64,000 nucleotides of DNA from an uncultured Planctomycetota bacterium (GCA_963787325.1 CAWBCK010000001.1:156924-220923); one strand, 5' to 3'; numbered from the stretch's first letter, positions 11,495-22,578 are shown. A program made the numbers and translations. Notes: generated from the sequence alone by a model not told the origin.

Positions 11495-12346
11495 CTACCC
11501 GAATCGGCCCGTGATGTAATCCTCCGTCTGTTTCTGGGTCGGGCGGGTGAAGATCTGCTTGGTCGGGCCGTATTCTACGATGTAACCCTGGTAGAAAAAT
11601 GCGGTGTAATCGGAGATTCGGGCGGCCTGCTGCATGTTGTGCGTGACGATGACGATGGTGTACTGGGTCTTGAGGATTTCGATCAGGTCCTCGATCTTGG
11701 CGGTGGCGACGGGGTCGATGGCGCTGGTCGGTTCATCCATGAGCAGCACCTCCGGGTCGACGGCGATGGCGCGGGCGATGCAGAGCCGCTGCTGCTGGCC
11801 GCCGGACAGCGCCGGGCCTGGGTGATCGAGTTTGTCCTTCACCTCGTCCCACAGGGCGGCGCGGGTGAGGGCGTGTTCGATGCGGTCGGCCAGTTCCGAA
11901 CGGCTCGTGCGGTAGTGCAGACGCAGGCCGTAGGCGACGTTTTCGAAGACGCTCATGGGGAACGGGGTGGGTTTCTGGAAGATCATGCCTACCCGGCGGC
12001 GCAGTTCGATCAGGTCGGTGCCGGGTTCGAGGATGTCCTCGCCGTCAAGAAGCACCTGGCCGGCGGCGCGGTGGCCGCGGTAGAGATCATAGATGCGGTT
12101 GTAGGTGCGCAGATGCGTGCTCTTTCCGCAGCCGGACGGCCCGATGACCGCCGTTACCCGGTTTTCGAGGACGTCGAGGCTGTTGTCGAAGAGGGCCTGA
12201 TGGGTGCCATAATAGAAGCTCAGGTTCCGCGCGGAGACCTTGACCTTCTGGTCCTCACGGGCCGAACTGGCGGCGGCACGGTCTTGTCTGGATTCTGGCG
12301 GAACCTGGGTCACGATCTTGATTTTCTCGGTAGCCATTATAGTCAT
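11495..12346 (-). CDS. pstB: phosphate ABC transporter ATP-binding protein PstB
   Basis: Walker [13 protein letters not shown] signature LSGGQQQRL, Walker [13 protein letters not shown]. Confidence 0.95.
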   Translation of the reverse strand: MTIMATEKIKIVTQVPPESRQDRAAASSAREDQKVKVSARNLSFYYGTHQALFDNSLDVLENRVTAVIGPSGCGKSTHLRTYNRIYDLYRGHRAAGQVLLDGEDILEPGTDLIELRRRVGMIFQKPTPFPMSVFENVAYGLRLHYRTSRSELADRIEHALTRAALWDEVKDKLDHPGPALSGGQQQRLCIARAIAVDPEVLLMDEPTSAIDPVATAKIEDLIEILKTQYTIVIVTHNMQQAARISDYTAFFYQGYIVEYGPTKQIFTRPTQKQTEDYITGRFG

Positions 12347-12350
12347 CTAC

Positions 12351-13196
12351 CTATTTCCTTGTACGCAGGAGCAGCCGGCTTGTCAGCATCACCGCCAGGA
12401 CAAACGCGGTGATCAGCAGGGACGCGCCCCAGGCCATCGCCTGCCAGTTGTCGTATGGGGACATCGCATACTGGAAGATGGTTACGGTGAGGTTCGCGGT
12501 AGGTTGGTTGAGCGAATCGACGGAGTACGGGCTGTTCAGGGCCGTAAACAGCAGTGGCGCGGTCTCGCCGGCCACGCGGGCGATGGCGAGGATCACGCCG
12601 GTAACCAGGCCGGCCCGGGCAGCGCGGAAGAGCACGCCCAGGGTGACTTTCCATCGCGGCGCGCCCAGGGCCAGGGCCGACTCGCGCAGGGTGTTGGGGA
12701 CCAGGGCGAGCATGTCCTCGCTGGTGCGGGCGACGACGGGCAGCATGAGGATCGCCAGGGCGATCGCCCCGGCATAGCCGCTGAAGTGGTGGAACGGCAC
12801 CACCAGGAACGTGTAGACGAAAACGCCGATGATAATCGACGGGGTGCCCATCAGCACGTTGGTAACGAAACGGACGGGCGAGGCGATCCAGCTGTGGGCG
12901 CCGAACTCCGCCAGGTAGACACCAGCAAGCATGCCGATGGGCACGCCGATTACGGTGGCCAGCGCGGTGATCAGCAGCGTGCCGACGATGGCACTGGACA
13001 GGCCGCCGCCCTTGACGCCCGGCGGAGGCGGCAGTTCGGTGAAGAAGTCCCAGTTGATTGCGGCTGCCCCGCGATGCACGACCGTGATGAGGATCCATGC
13101 CAGAAGCAGTAGCGCGAGGGCGGCGCACAGTGTCGAGATCACCTTGACCGACAGGTCGACGGTCTTGCGGGCGGCGTGAGAGCGGGGAGCCATCAT
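12351..13196 (-). CDS. pstA: phosphate ABC transporter permease PstA
   Basis: 6-TM permease with the EAA-like motif. The start abuts the pstC stop. Confidence 0.9.
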   Translation of the reverse strand: MMAPRSHAARKTVDLSVKVISTLCAALALLLLAWILITVVHRGAAAINWDFFTELPPPPGVKGGGLSSAIVGTLLITALATVIGVPIGMLAGVYLAEFGAHSWIASPVRFVTNVLMGTPSIIIGVFVYTFLVVPFHHFSGYAGAIALAILMLPVVARTSEDMLALVPNTLRESALALGAPRWKVTLGVLFRAARAGLVTGVILAIARVAGETAPLLFTALNSPYSVDSLNQPTANLTVTIFQYAMSPYDNWQAMAWGASLLITAFVLAVMLTSRLLLRTRK

Positions 13197-14113
13197 GCGC
13201 CACCTCCCATCGTCCGGCTGACCCGCTTGAGCCACACCTGGGTGAGCGCCTGGATGACAAAGGTCATCACGAAGAGAATCAGCCCCAGTTCGATCAGGCT
13301 GCTCAGGTACAGATCTTCGGATGCCTCGGCGAACTCATTGGCGAGGGTACTGGTGATGCTGTTGCCCGAGGCAAAGAGCGACAACGAGATCCTGTGGGCG
13401 TTGCCGATGACGAAGGTGATCGCCATCGTTTCGCCGATCGCCCGACCGAGTCCGAGGAGGCCGGCGCCGATGATCCCGCGGAAACCGTGGCGGATGGTCA
13501 CCTTGCGAGTGACTTCCCAGGTGGTGGCGCCCATGCCGTAGGCCGATTCCTTCAGGGCGGCGGGCACCATGTTGAACACGTCGCGGGCGACAGCCGTGAT
13601 GAACGGCAGGATCATGATCGCCAGCACAATGCCGGCGGTGAGCATGCCGAGGCCGTTGGCCGGGCCTTTGAAGAACGGCAGGAAGCCCAGGCCGATCTTG
13701 AAACCCGGGAAGACATAGCCGGCCAGAAACGGGGCGAACACGAACAGGCCCCACATGCCGTAGATGATGCTGGGGATGGCGGCGAGCAGTTCGACGCCGG
13801 TGCCGACGAAACTGCTGATGCGCGGCGGGGCGAGTTCGACGAGAAACAGGGCGGTGACCAGGCCGACGGGGACGGCCAGCAGCATGGCGATCGCCGTCGA
13901 GACGAGCGTGCCGTAGATACTGCTGGCGGCGCCGAATCGTTCACGCGCCGGGTTCCAGTCGGTTGAGACGAGGAAATGCCAGCCGAACGTCTTGATGGAC
14001 TGCCAGCTGTTGGTCAGCAGTCCAAAGAAGATGGCGGCGACCAGGCCGAGGACGAAGGCCGCGCATGCACCGGTGAGCAGTTTGAAGATCACGTCGCCGC
14101 TGACGAAGCGCAA
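13193..14113 (-). CDS. pstC: phosphate ABC transporter permease PstC
   Basis: 306 aa permease upstream of pstA in the pst operon. Confidence 0.9.
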   Translation of the reverse strand: MRFVSGDVIFKLLTGACAAFVLGLVAAIFFGLLTNSWQSIKTFGWHFLVSTDWNPARERFGAASSIYGTLVSTAIAMLLAVPVGLVTALFLVELAPPRISSFVGTGVELLAAIPSIIYGMWGLFVFAPFLAGYVFPGFKIGLGFLPFFKGPANGLGMLTAGIVLAIMILPFITAVARDVFNMVPAALKESAYGMGATTWEVTRKVTIRHGFRGIIGAGLLGLGRAIGETMAITFVIGNAHRISLSLFASGNSITSTLANEFAEASEDLYLSSLIELGLILFVMTFVIQALTQVWLKRVSRTMGGGA

Positions 14114-14248
14114 CGCGCGGCGGCGCCGAATGTCTCGAGGGGCAACGGCGTAGATGCTGTCTCCGGCGAACGAGGAGGCAGGGACGCCTGTTGCGACGTC
14201 CCTGCGGGGGTCTGGGTTCGCGAGTCTACGTGCATGCGGCTCCTATTA

Positions 14249-15313
14249 TCATGCTATTTCGATGCTGCCTTGGCGACGGGCCATACGGGCTTGCCGCCGG
14301 CTGTAATCTGTTTCTGCCACAGGCTCCTCGACCATGTTGACGACATTGTCGGGCAGCGGGACGTAGTCGAGTTTCTCAGCCATCTTGTCGCCGTGGCCGA
14401 AGCACCAGTCGAAGAAGGTGAACAGCGGCCCGGTGACCTTGGCGTTTCTCATCTGCTTGTGCACGAGGATGAAGGATGCCCCGGCGATCGGCCAGCTGCC
14501 GCTTCCCGGCTGGTTGACCAGGATGACGCGGAAGGCCGGAGCGTGGGCCCAGTCGGCGTTGGCGGCTGCCGCCTGGAAGGTCTTGATGGTCGGGGCGACG
14601 AACTTGCCGGCCCTGTTGCGGAGCTGGGTGTAGGCGAGTTTGTTCTGGAGGGCGTAGGCGTATTCGACATAGCCGATCGAGCCGGGCTGCTGCTTGACCA
14701 TGGCGGCGACGCCTTCGTTGCCCTTGGCCTGCGAGCCGGCGGGCCACTGGACGCTCTTGCCGGCGCCGACCTTGTTTTCCCATTCCTTCGAGACGCTGCT
14801 CAAAAAGTTCGTGTAGATCCAGGTGGTACCGGAGCCGTCCGCGCGGGCGACGACGCTGATGTCCTGGTCGGGCAGGTGCAGCGATCCGTTGATCTTCTTG
14901 ATGGCGGGGGCGTTCCACCTGGTGATCTTGCCGAGGTAGATGTCCGCGAGCAGTTCGTTGGTCAGTTTGAGCTGGCCTGGTTTCACGCCCTCGACGTTAA
15001 CGATCGGCACGACGCCGCCAACGATCATCGGAAACTGGGTCAGGCCGGCCTTGTCGAGCTCCTTGGCGGTCAGCGGGGCGTCGGACGCGCCGAAGTCCAC
15101 CGTGCCCATCTTGATCTGGGTAATGCCGCCGCCGGAGCCGATCGACTGGTAGTTGAGTTTCATGCCGGTGAGCTTGTGGTAGGCGTTGGCCCATTGGGAA
15201 TAAATCGGGTACGGGAAGGTTCGCCTGCGCCGTTGACCGTGACGTCCTGGTACTGGGCCATTGCGGTTGCTGAGACGGTCAGTGCGACGACTGCGGCTAA
15301 CATTCGCTTCATC
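14249..15313 (-). CDS. pstS: phosphate-binding protein PstS; frameshift near 15250
   Basis: ORF 14249..15163 carries the PstS core. The N-terminus with signal peptide MKRMLAAVVALTVSATAMA is at 15313. An alternate frame gives TFPYPIYSQWANAYHKLTG, joining to MKLNYQSIGSGGG. An AAGGAGAG RBS is present. Confidence 0.85.
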   Translation of the reverse strand, partial: DEANVSRSRRTDRLSNRNGPVPGRHGQRRRRTFPYPIYSQWANAYHKLTGMKLNYQSIGSGGGITQIKMGTVDFGASDAPLTAKELDKAGLTQFPMIVGGVVPIVNVEGVKPGQLKLTNELLADIYLGKITRWNAPAIKKINGSLHLPDQDISVVARADGSGTTWIYTNFLSSVSKEWENKVGAGKSVQWPAGSQAKGNEGVAAMVKQQPGSIGYVEYAYALQNKLAYTQLRNRAGKFVAPTIKTFQAAAANADWAHAPAFRVILVNQPGSGSWPIAGASFILVHKQMRNAKVTGPLFTFFDWCFGHGDKMAEKLDYVPLPDNVVNMVEEPVAETDYSRRQARMARRQGSIEIA

Positions 15314-15371
15314 GATTCTCTCTCCTTGCCTGGGTTAATGTATCCTCTCCTTCACCTAATATGCTAGGTGG

Positions 15372-15392
15372 GGTGTGTTAGAAATGGGTTAA
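15372..15392 (-). promoter_or_regulatory. candidate Pho box upstream of pstS: tTAACcc-attt-cTAACac (two [CT]TAAC half-sites at 11-bp phase), with a CATATT -10 about 11 bp downstream
   Basis: Gene-strand sequence is ttaacccatttctaacacacc. The same architecture occurs upstream of phoB and of the DUF47-pit operon. Confidence 0.5.
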
Positions 15393-15439
15393 TGCGAGAT
15401 TAATAGGGGGTCAGAAATGATAGAGATAATTGCCAGGGG

Positions 15440-17050
15440 CTAGGAGACCGTCTGAGTAAACGCCCAAAGCCCCAGTTCTCTTCGGTTTTTGGGGTACTCG
15501 GCCGTCTTACTTGTTGCTATTGCGCCGGGGTTCGGGGCCGGCGAGGCAGAAACTCCCGTTTCAGGCCGGTGCAGGCCCGTCTGACGCAATTGCCGATGGC
15601 TGTTTCAGCCGGCTGACCATAGTTTCCTCAGATTGCAGGCCATACAGACCAGACGCCACTCGCTACGCATCCGCTCCATGCCGTTCAACAAAAACTGCCG
15701 GAAGCCCAACCCTCGCTTGATCCAGCCGAAGATCGGTTCGACGATCCATTTCCGCTGGGCATACGTTTCCCGCCCGCGCTTCGTTCGCAACTTGCGGGCC
15801 ATCCGCTCCTTCGTCGTCAGCCCCGCCGGCGGCCGACCTCGCGGACTGGCTGGCATCCTTTCGCCATGCTTGAGCCGGCCCGTGGCGATGTACGCATCCA
15901 GAAGGTTCCGCTCGGCCCACTGCACGTTCTGCTCACTGAAGTAGCCGCTGTCCGAAGATATCTTCCCAATCCGATGCCCTCGCCCCACATTCGTGCGAGC
16001 CTGTTGGGCCATCGGCTGGAACTGTTGCTTGTCGTTCGCCTCGTTCGTCACATCCGCCGCCACGATGATCTGGTGTTGGCGATCCACCACCGCCTGCGCG
16101 TTGCCGCACTGGTCGAACCCCTTGTTGCTGACCTTCATGATTTTCGTCGTCGGATCCGTGAAGTTGTACTGGGCCTTCGCGGGCGGTACCGCCTTTTCCG
16201 GCTTGCTCCGACGGCCACCCTTAGGCTTGTCGCCTGGCTTGTCAGGCTCTTCTTCCTGACGCTTGCATTCCTCTTCGGCGGCAGCCTTGGCCTGTGCTTC
16301 CAGCGCTTCGCGCCTCCCGGATCTTCGCCAGGCGGCTCTGCCGCCGGGCCAGGGCCTCCGGCAGTTCGTCCCCGCGACGATCCACGCCGTAGGCCCGATC
16401 TTCCGCCTCATCCGCAGATTTGGCCTGCGACAGCAACTGACGGATCTCCTTGCGCAACCGGGCCTCCTCCTCTTTCATCCTTCCGTAACTCATCGCCTTG
16501 TGTCGCGAGGCATTCGCCCGGATCTTCGTGCCATCCAATGCCACGTGCCCCAGCTTCACCAGCCCCGCCTGCTGGCACAGCCGCAGCACCTCTACGAACA
16601 GCCCTTCCAGTTCTGTCAGGTGCTGCTTGCGAAAGTCGCTGATCGTCCGGAAGTCCGGCACATCCTCCTGCACGATCACCCGCCAGGCCGCATCTCGCTG
16701 ACACCGCTGCATGATTCGTCGCGAACTGAATACGCCCTGCGTGTAACTGTACAGCAGCAGCGTGGTCATCATCCGCGGGTGGTACGGCGGATAGCCGCGC
16801 TGCTCTCGCTCGTACTTGCCGAAAATGGCCGACAGATCCAGTTCCTTGACCACGTCGAGCACGAAAAAGACAAGGTCGTTTTCCGGCAGCCACTCTCGCG
16901 GCGATGGCGGCAATAGCCAACTTTGATCCGGATTCCAGGGGCGGTAGGTCTTACTCATCCTTGAGCCTCGATCGGAAAGACTTATCCCTTGCCTGACCCA
17001 CCCATTATAACATGTCTGTCAACTGTTACTCGGACAGTCTCCTAGGGGTT
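15440..17050 (-). mobile_element. IS1182/IS5-family insertion sequence (~1.6 kb) with imperfect terminal inverted repeats CTAGGAGAC(C/T)GTC(T/C)GAGTAA
   Basis: Left end 15440..15462 is ctaggagaccgtctgagtaaacg. The reverse complement of the right end 17027..17050 is ctaggagactgtccgagtaacag. Flanks are GGGG/GGGT, a possible 3-4 bp target-site duplication (TSD). Confidence 0.75.
15605..16958 (-). CDS. IS1182/IS5-family DDE transposase (N-terminal DUF772/InsH-like + DDE domain); frame break near 16310-16330
   Basis: ORF 16242..16958 has the N-terminal domain (MSKTYRPWNPDQSWLLPPS...). ORF 15605..16411 has the Lys/Glu-rich linker and DDE core (...VVDRQHQIIVAADVTNEANDKQQ...). The fragments overlap and are collinear. 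Confidence 0.8.
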
Positions 17051-17090
17051 AGGGCGTGCCGGTCAGATTCCCCGCATGCGGCCTGGTATG

Positions 17091-18894
17091 TCAGGCCTGC
17101 GGTTCCTGTGGTCGTGTAACCTTGGGGTGGGCAGGCAGGTGGATGTAGAAGGTGCTGCCCTGGTCAGGGATGCTCTCCACGCCGACCCGGCCGGCGTGGG
17201 CCTGGGCAATGTGCTTGACGATGGCCAGCCCGAGGCCGGTGCCCCCTAATGCGCGGCTGCGGCTCTTGTCGACGCGGTAGAAACGTTCGAAGATCCGCGG
17301 CAGATGCTCCTTAGGGATACCGGCACCCTCATCGCGGACGTAAAGGGTGATCTCGTCTTCGCTGCCCCTCGCGCCGACCTCGACAGTCTTGCCCGGTTCG
17401 CTGTATTTGATGGCGTTGTCGACGAGGTTGACGATGGCCTGTTCCAGCAGCGGGGCATTCACGTCGGCGTGCAGATCGGCATCGCAGACCAGTACCAGGG
17501 GGATGCTCCTGGCTTCAGCCTTGGGCTGGCAGTCCTTGAGGACGGCGGCCAGGACGCTGCGCAGGCAGACGTCTTCCAGCGGCACTGCTCGCCTTCGCGA
17601 TCCTGCTCGATCCTCGAGAGGCTCAGCAGGTCCTCGATGATGGCGTGCAGACGGTTGGACTGCTTGCTGATGATATTCAGGAAACGGTTGAGATCCTCGG
17701 GGCTATGCGGCTTGCCGTCCAAAAGCGTCTCGACGAATCCTTTGATCAACGTGATGGGTGTCTTCAACTCGTGCGAGACGTTGGCGACGAAATCGCGACG
17801 GATCGTCTCGAGGCGCTTGAGCTGGGTGACATCGTGCAGTACGACGACCGCGCCGATATCGTGCCCCTGGGCGTTGCGCAACGGCGCCGTGGACGTCGAG
17901 AAACTGCTCGGCAGGACTTTCGAGCACCACCTCGCTGCGGGCCGGGCCGTCACCTGCCAGCACGTCAGCCACGAATTGCTGCAAATCGGTATTGCGGACG
18001 ACCTCCTGGATGCTCCGGCCGAGACTCTTGTCCGGGTCGGCGCCAAGCATCCCGGCGGCCGAGGCGTTGAGGATGATCAGGTGCTCCTGGTCATCGACCG
18101 CCAGAACGCCATCCTGCATGCTCGACAGCAACGCCTCGAACTGGTTGCGCTGGTTGACGACGGTCGTCAGACGCGAGTCGAGCTGGGCCGCCATGTTGTT
18201 CATGGCGGTTGCCAGCAGACGAAGCTCCTCCGTCTCGGGCACGGGCAGGCGATGTTGCAGTTCGCCCCGGGCGAATGATTTTGCGCCGCGGGTGATTTCA
18301 TACAGCGATCGGCTGATCCGCCGGGAGACCGCCAGGCTGACTGCCGCGGCAAGCAGGCCGGCCAGCACGGCCGAGATGTAGAACCGCACCGAGATGCTGT
18401 GGATGACCCGGTTGATGGCGGTCAGTGGCATGCTGGCGCGGACGGCGCCGACAATATGGCCGTTCTCGTAGAGCGGTACGGCGACGTACATCATCTGCTG
18501 GCTGAGCGTGGGGCTCCATCGGCTGGATATGCCGCGCCGGCCCTGAAAGGCCTGCTTGAGTTCGGGGCGGTCGGCGTGGTTGGCCATCTTCGCCGGTTCT
18601 TCGTCGGAATCCCCGACGACCAGGCCGTCCGGCATGACGACTGTGATGCGGGCGGCGGCCTTGGAGGCGAGCAGGCGGGTCTGCGCGGCGATCTGCTCGG
18701 GGTGGCTGGCGGCGTGGGTGTCCTGGAGTCTGCTCGGCGACGAGTTGGGCCTTGGCCTGGAGGTCCGAGGCGACCTCGTTAAGGTGCAGCCGGCGCAGGG
18801 ACTGGGTGGCGTACCAACTGAGGGCCAGCAGGGCGATTATCGTGATCAGCAGATAAGGCGGATAGAGCTGCCAGAGCAGCCTTCTGCGTCTCAT
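17091..18894 (-). CDS. phoR: phosphate regulon sensor histidine kinase PhoR-like (TM-HAMP-PAS-HisKA-HATPase); at least 3 frameshifts (near 18735, 17885, 17585)
   Basis: Four collinear ORF pieces. The H-box is FVANVSHELKTPIT; the N-, G1- and G2-boxes sit in the last piece (NLVDNAIKYS, DEGAGIP, GGTGLGLAIVKHI). The start overlaps the phoB stop. Confidence 0.8.
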
Positions 18895-19584
18895 GCGCTT
18901 TCCTTGAACCTGTAACCTACGCCGCGAATCGTCTCGATGTACTCACCGCATCTACCCAGTTTACGCCGCAACGATACGATATGCACGTCGACGGACCGAT
19001 CGGTTACGGCCACGTCCTCGCCCTGGACGCCGTTGATGATCTGGTAGCGGGTGAAGACCCAGCCTGGCCGCCGAGCCAGCAGGTGCAGGATGCGGAATTC
19101 CGTGTGGGTCAGATCGACCGGGTTCTCGGCGGCGAGTACTTCGTGCCGGCCGGGATGGATGACCAGATCGTGAATCTTCAGCACACTCTTGTCGTTGGTG
19201 GGCTCGGCGGTCTTGCGCCGCAGGACGGCCTTGACGCGGGCCGAGAGGACGCGCGGGCTGAAGGGTTTGGTGACGTAATCGTCAGCGCCGAGCTCCAGGC
19301 CGGTAACGATATCAGGCTCCTCCCCCTTGGCGGTCAACATGATTACGGGGATCTGGCGTGTCTTGGGATCGGTCTTGAGGATCTTGCAGACCTCCAGGCC
19401 GTCGAGACCCGGCAGCATCAGGTCGAGGACAACGAGGTTGGGCGCTCTGGGTGCGGGCCTCCTTGAGGGCCTGCTCGCCGGTGGTCACACAGCGCGTTCG
19501 GTAGCCGTCCTTGGACAGGTTGTAGTTGAGCAGCTCGAGGATGTCCTCTTCATCATCTACGACCAGAATGTTCTCATTCGGCAT
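18891..19584 (-). CDS. phoB: OmpR/PhoB-family response regulator; frameshift near 19440
   Basis: The N-terminal piece has MPNENILVVDDEEDILELL... (REC, D-D-K). The C-terminal piece has the winged-helix domain (RKLGRCGEYIETIRGVGYRF). Confidence 0.85.
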
Positions 19585-19632
19585 GGTATCCGGGTCTCCA
19601 TGGGCCTGTTCCCCGTTCATTTTATATAGTGC

Positions 19633-19651
19633 ATGTTAACTTCATGTTAGG
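19633..19651 (-). promoter_or_regulatory. candidate Pho box upstream of phoB: cTAACATG-aagt-TAACATG (7-bp direct repeats at 11-bp periodicity), followed by a TATATA -10
   Basis: Gene-strand sequence is ctaacatgaagttaacatgcactatataaaatg. This is the classic Pho-box architecture (two 7-bp repeats plus a 4-bp spacer). Confidence 0.55.
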
Positions 19652-19700
19652 GGAATACAAGATATGCGCTAATGATCAGGTCGCGAAGGATTAACGGCGT

Positions 19701-19785
<85 letters not shown>

Positions 19786-19795
19786 GGGCAAGAGC

Positions 19796-20548
19796 TCAGC
19801 GGGTGGCGATCATGATCAGGTCCGGGCTGATCTGCGGATCGTACGGGCTGCGCTTGTAGCCTCCGTAAAACTCCACCTGTGAGGCGCCGGCGTCCTTCGC
19901 GGCGGCTTCCAACTGCTTGGGTTCCAGGCCCAGAAACGGGACTGACTCGGCGTGCATCTTTGGCTTGGGCTCGCCCAGCGCTGTAACGACCACATCGACA
20001 TGGCCCTGCCGGCCGCAGCGATGGATGCCCTTCACGATCAAACTGTCGCCTTGCGAAAGGTCGGTTCTCAGGCATTTCTGCCACTGACACGGGCCGTCCG
20101 GCATGCGCCACAGGTTCACTACGTGCGTGAGGATGGCCCCGCCGGGGCGGACGGCGACCAGCATCTGCTGGATGGCCCTGGCTACCCCGGCCAAATCGCC
20201 GGCCAGGGCCAGAGAATTGCCCGCGCAGATGGCGACGTCGAAAGTGCCCGGTTCGTCAACCGTCTTATCGTAGCCGCGAACGACCCAGCGGAGGTCCGCG
20301 GCGGAGGTGTGGTGTGACCGGCACCAGCGGATCATCGGCTCGCTGATATCGGCGGCCTCGACGGACAGGCCCCAGTTGTGGAACATCGCCGCGTGGTGGC
20401 CGGTGCCGCAGGCGGTGTCCAACAAGCGGTTAGCATTGACACGGTCGAAGAGCCAGCGGTACAGAGGTTCTTCGTTGGCCAGGCGTTTGGGCCAGTCAAT
20501 CATGGCCTCATAGGCTTCGGGCAGAGGGTCGAACGCGTCATCTGTCAT
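19796..20548 (-). CDS. class I SAM-dependent methyltransferase
   Basis: 250 aa; motif I LLDTACGTGHHA; Rossmann-fold MTase. Confidence 0.75.
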   Translation of the reverse strand: MTDDAFDPLPEAYEAMIDWPKRLANEEPLYRWLFDRVNANRLLDTACGTGHHAAMFHNWGLSVEAADISEPMIRWCRSHHTSAADLRWVVRGYDKTVDEPGTFDVAICAGNSLALAGDLAGVARAIQQMLVAVRPGGAILTHVVNLWRMPDGPCQWQKCLRTDLSQGDSLIVKGIHRCGRQGHVDVVVTALGEPKPKMHAESVPFLGLEPKQLEAAAKDAGASQVEFYGGYKRSPYDPQISPDLIMIATR

Positions 20549-20611
20549 GCCTGAATGGTTGGGGATTAGCGGGCCAGAGTCAATAATGCTTGTTTGCGAC
20601 AGTCGTTAACG

Positions 20612-20630
20612 GCTAACGATTTCCTAACAG
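20612..20630 (+). promoter_or_regulatory. candidate Pho box upstream of the DUF47-pit operon: gCTAACga-tttc-CTAACag, with TTGCATACT about 12 bp downstream
   Basis: Same [CT]TAAC half-site pair at 11-bp spacing as at phoB and pstS. Confidence 0.5.
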
Positions 20631-20704
20631 TCGGTGTCCTTGCATACTGCCGGCAGGGAACCCTAGAATCTCGGTCTCACACGGCACTAATGCGGAGCCA
20701 ACCA

Positions 20705-21329
20705 ATGCTGAACCTGCTGCCGAAGGACAAAGTCTTTTTCGATCTGTTCGAGGGCCTTGCCTCGCACGTGGTCTCGACGGCCGAGCATCTTCGCCGACTG
20801 GCGGAGAATTTCCCGGACATTGGCGATCACCTTCAGCGGATCCGCCAGGAGGAACACCAGGCCGACGACCTGGCCCACAAGGCACTCGACCGGCTGGACC
20901 GTACGTTCATTACGCCATTCGACCGCGAGGATATCCATACGCTCGTCGGCGAACTGGATGATATCGTCGACACCATCGACGCCCTGGCGAAGCGATTTCC
21001 GCTTATATCACATCAAGTGTCTGGAGCCTGGCTTCATCAAGCAGACGGAGGTGCTGGTGCAGGCGGCCACGGCGGTGCGCGAGGCGGTCTGCCGGCTGCG
21101 CAAGAGCCGCAAACTGTCGCAGCTGAGCGATCGGCTGATCGAGATCCATCGCCTGGAGAATATCGGCGATGAGAACAATCATGCCGCCATGTCGCGGCTC
21201 TTCGACGGGAGCAGCTCGCCGCTGGACGTCATGAAGTGGAAGGAACTCTACGACATGATCGAGACGGCGATCGACGGGTGCGAGGACGTGGGAAATACCC
21301 TTGAGCGAATCGTGCTCAAGAACGGGTAG
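20705..21329 (+). CDS. DUF47 / TIGR00153 PhoU-like protein (Pit accessory protein); frameshift near 21000
   Basis: MLNLLPKDKVFFDLFE... is the N-terminus. The C-terminus (...LENIGDENNHAAMSRLFDG...) lies in ORF 20757..21329. Canonical partner of PiT transporters. Confidence 0.75.
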
Positions 21330-21498
21330 CAGTGCGCGCGGTAGGAATTATACCGCGAAGGACCCGAAGGAACGCAGAAAGGGGAGAAGCGATTCCCGTC
21401 CGGGTGATCGCGGCGGTCGGCAGGTACAGAGATCCAATGATAACAACCGCACTTTGCTGGCTGAGGCCGGGGCGACCGGCGGGCAGCCGGCCGGCTTT

Positions 21499-22578
21499 AT
21501 GGTCCTGATCTTCTCGATCATCGTTGTTGCGCTGATTTTCGATTTCCTCAACGGATTTCACGACGCGGCCAATTCGATTGCGACGGTCGTCTCGACGCGG
21601 GTGCTGACGCCGGGGGCGGCGGTCAGTCTGGGCGGCGTTCTTCAACTTCGTCGCGGCGTTTCTGTTCGGGACGAAGGTGGCGGGAACGATCGGCAAAGGC
21701 CTGGTCAATCCGGCCCATATCGATATCTATGTCGTCCTGGGCGGGCTGGCCGGGGCGATCGTCTGGAACATCATCACGTGGCTGCTGGCCCTGCCGACGA
21801 GTTCGTCGCACGCGCTGGTCGGCGGCGTCGGCCGGCGCCGCACTGACCAAGGCCCTGGTGGCCAAGGCGGGCTCGACGTACTGATCTGGCAGGGATGGAT
21901 GGCCGGCTGGGGAGGATTGCTGCTGTTTATCTTCCTGTCGCCGATGATCGGCATGATCCTGGGTACATCAATATGACGGTGGTGGCGTGGATGTTCCGAC
22001 GATCTACGCCGAACAAGGTCGACGGGTGGTTCCGTCGGCTCCAGCTGGCCTCGGCGGCGGTCTACAGCCTGGGGCACGGCGGCAACGACGCCCAGAAGAC
22101 CATGGGAATCATCGTGATGCTGCTGGCGGCGGCGGGCCTGAACGCCTGGTCGGTGCCGGACCCGCACAGCCCGCTGAACATGATCAACATATTCGGCCAC
22201 ACGCACACCGTGGCCTGGTGGATCATCCTTTCCTGTAACGGTGCCATCGCGCTGGGCACGATGTTCGGCGGCTGGCGGATCGTCAAAACGATGGGCTCGG
22301 GGATTACCCGGCTGCAGCCGGTCGGCGGCTTCTGCGCCGAGACGGCGGCTGCGGCGACGATCTGGGGGACGACCTTCCTGGGGATTCCGATCTCGACGAC
22401 GCATGCGATCACCGGCTCGATCCTGGGCGTAGGGACGACCAAGGGCGTTCGGAGCGTGCGGTGGATCTGGGGCGAACGGATCGTGGTAGCATGGATCCTG
22501 ACGTTGCCCTGTTCGGCGTTCATGGCATCGCTGGTGTACCTGGCGATGCACTACGGTATTGAACCCCTGATGAAGTAA
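21499..22578 (+). CDS. PiT-family inorganic phosphate transporter; about 3 frameshifts; start uncertain (possibly near 21437)
   Basis: Duplicated PiT signature: FDFLNGFHDAANSIATVVSTRVL, then later GHGGNDAQKTMGII and ...ISTTHAITGSILGVG. The pieces 21301, 21677 and 21895 are collinear. Confidence 0.75.
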
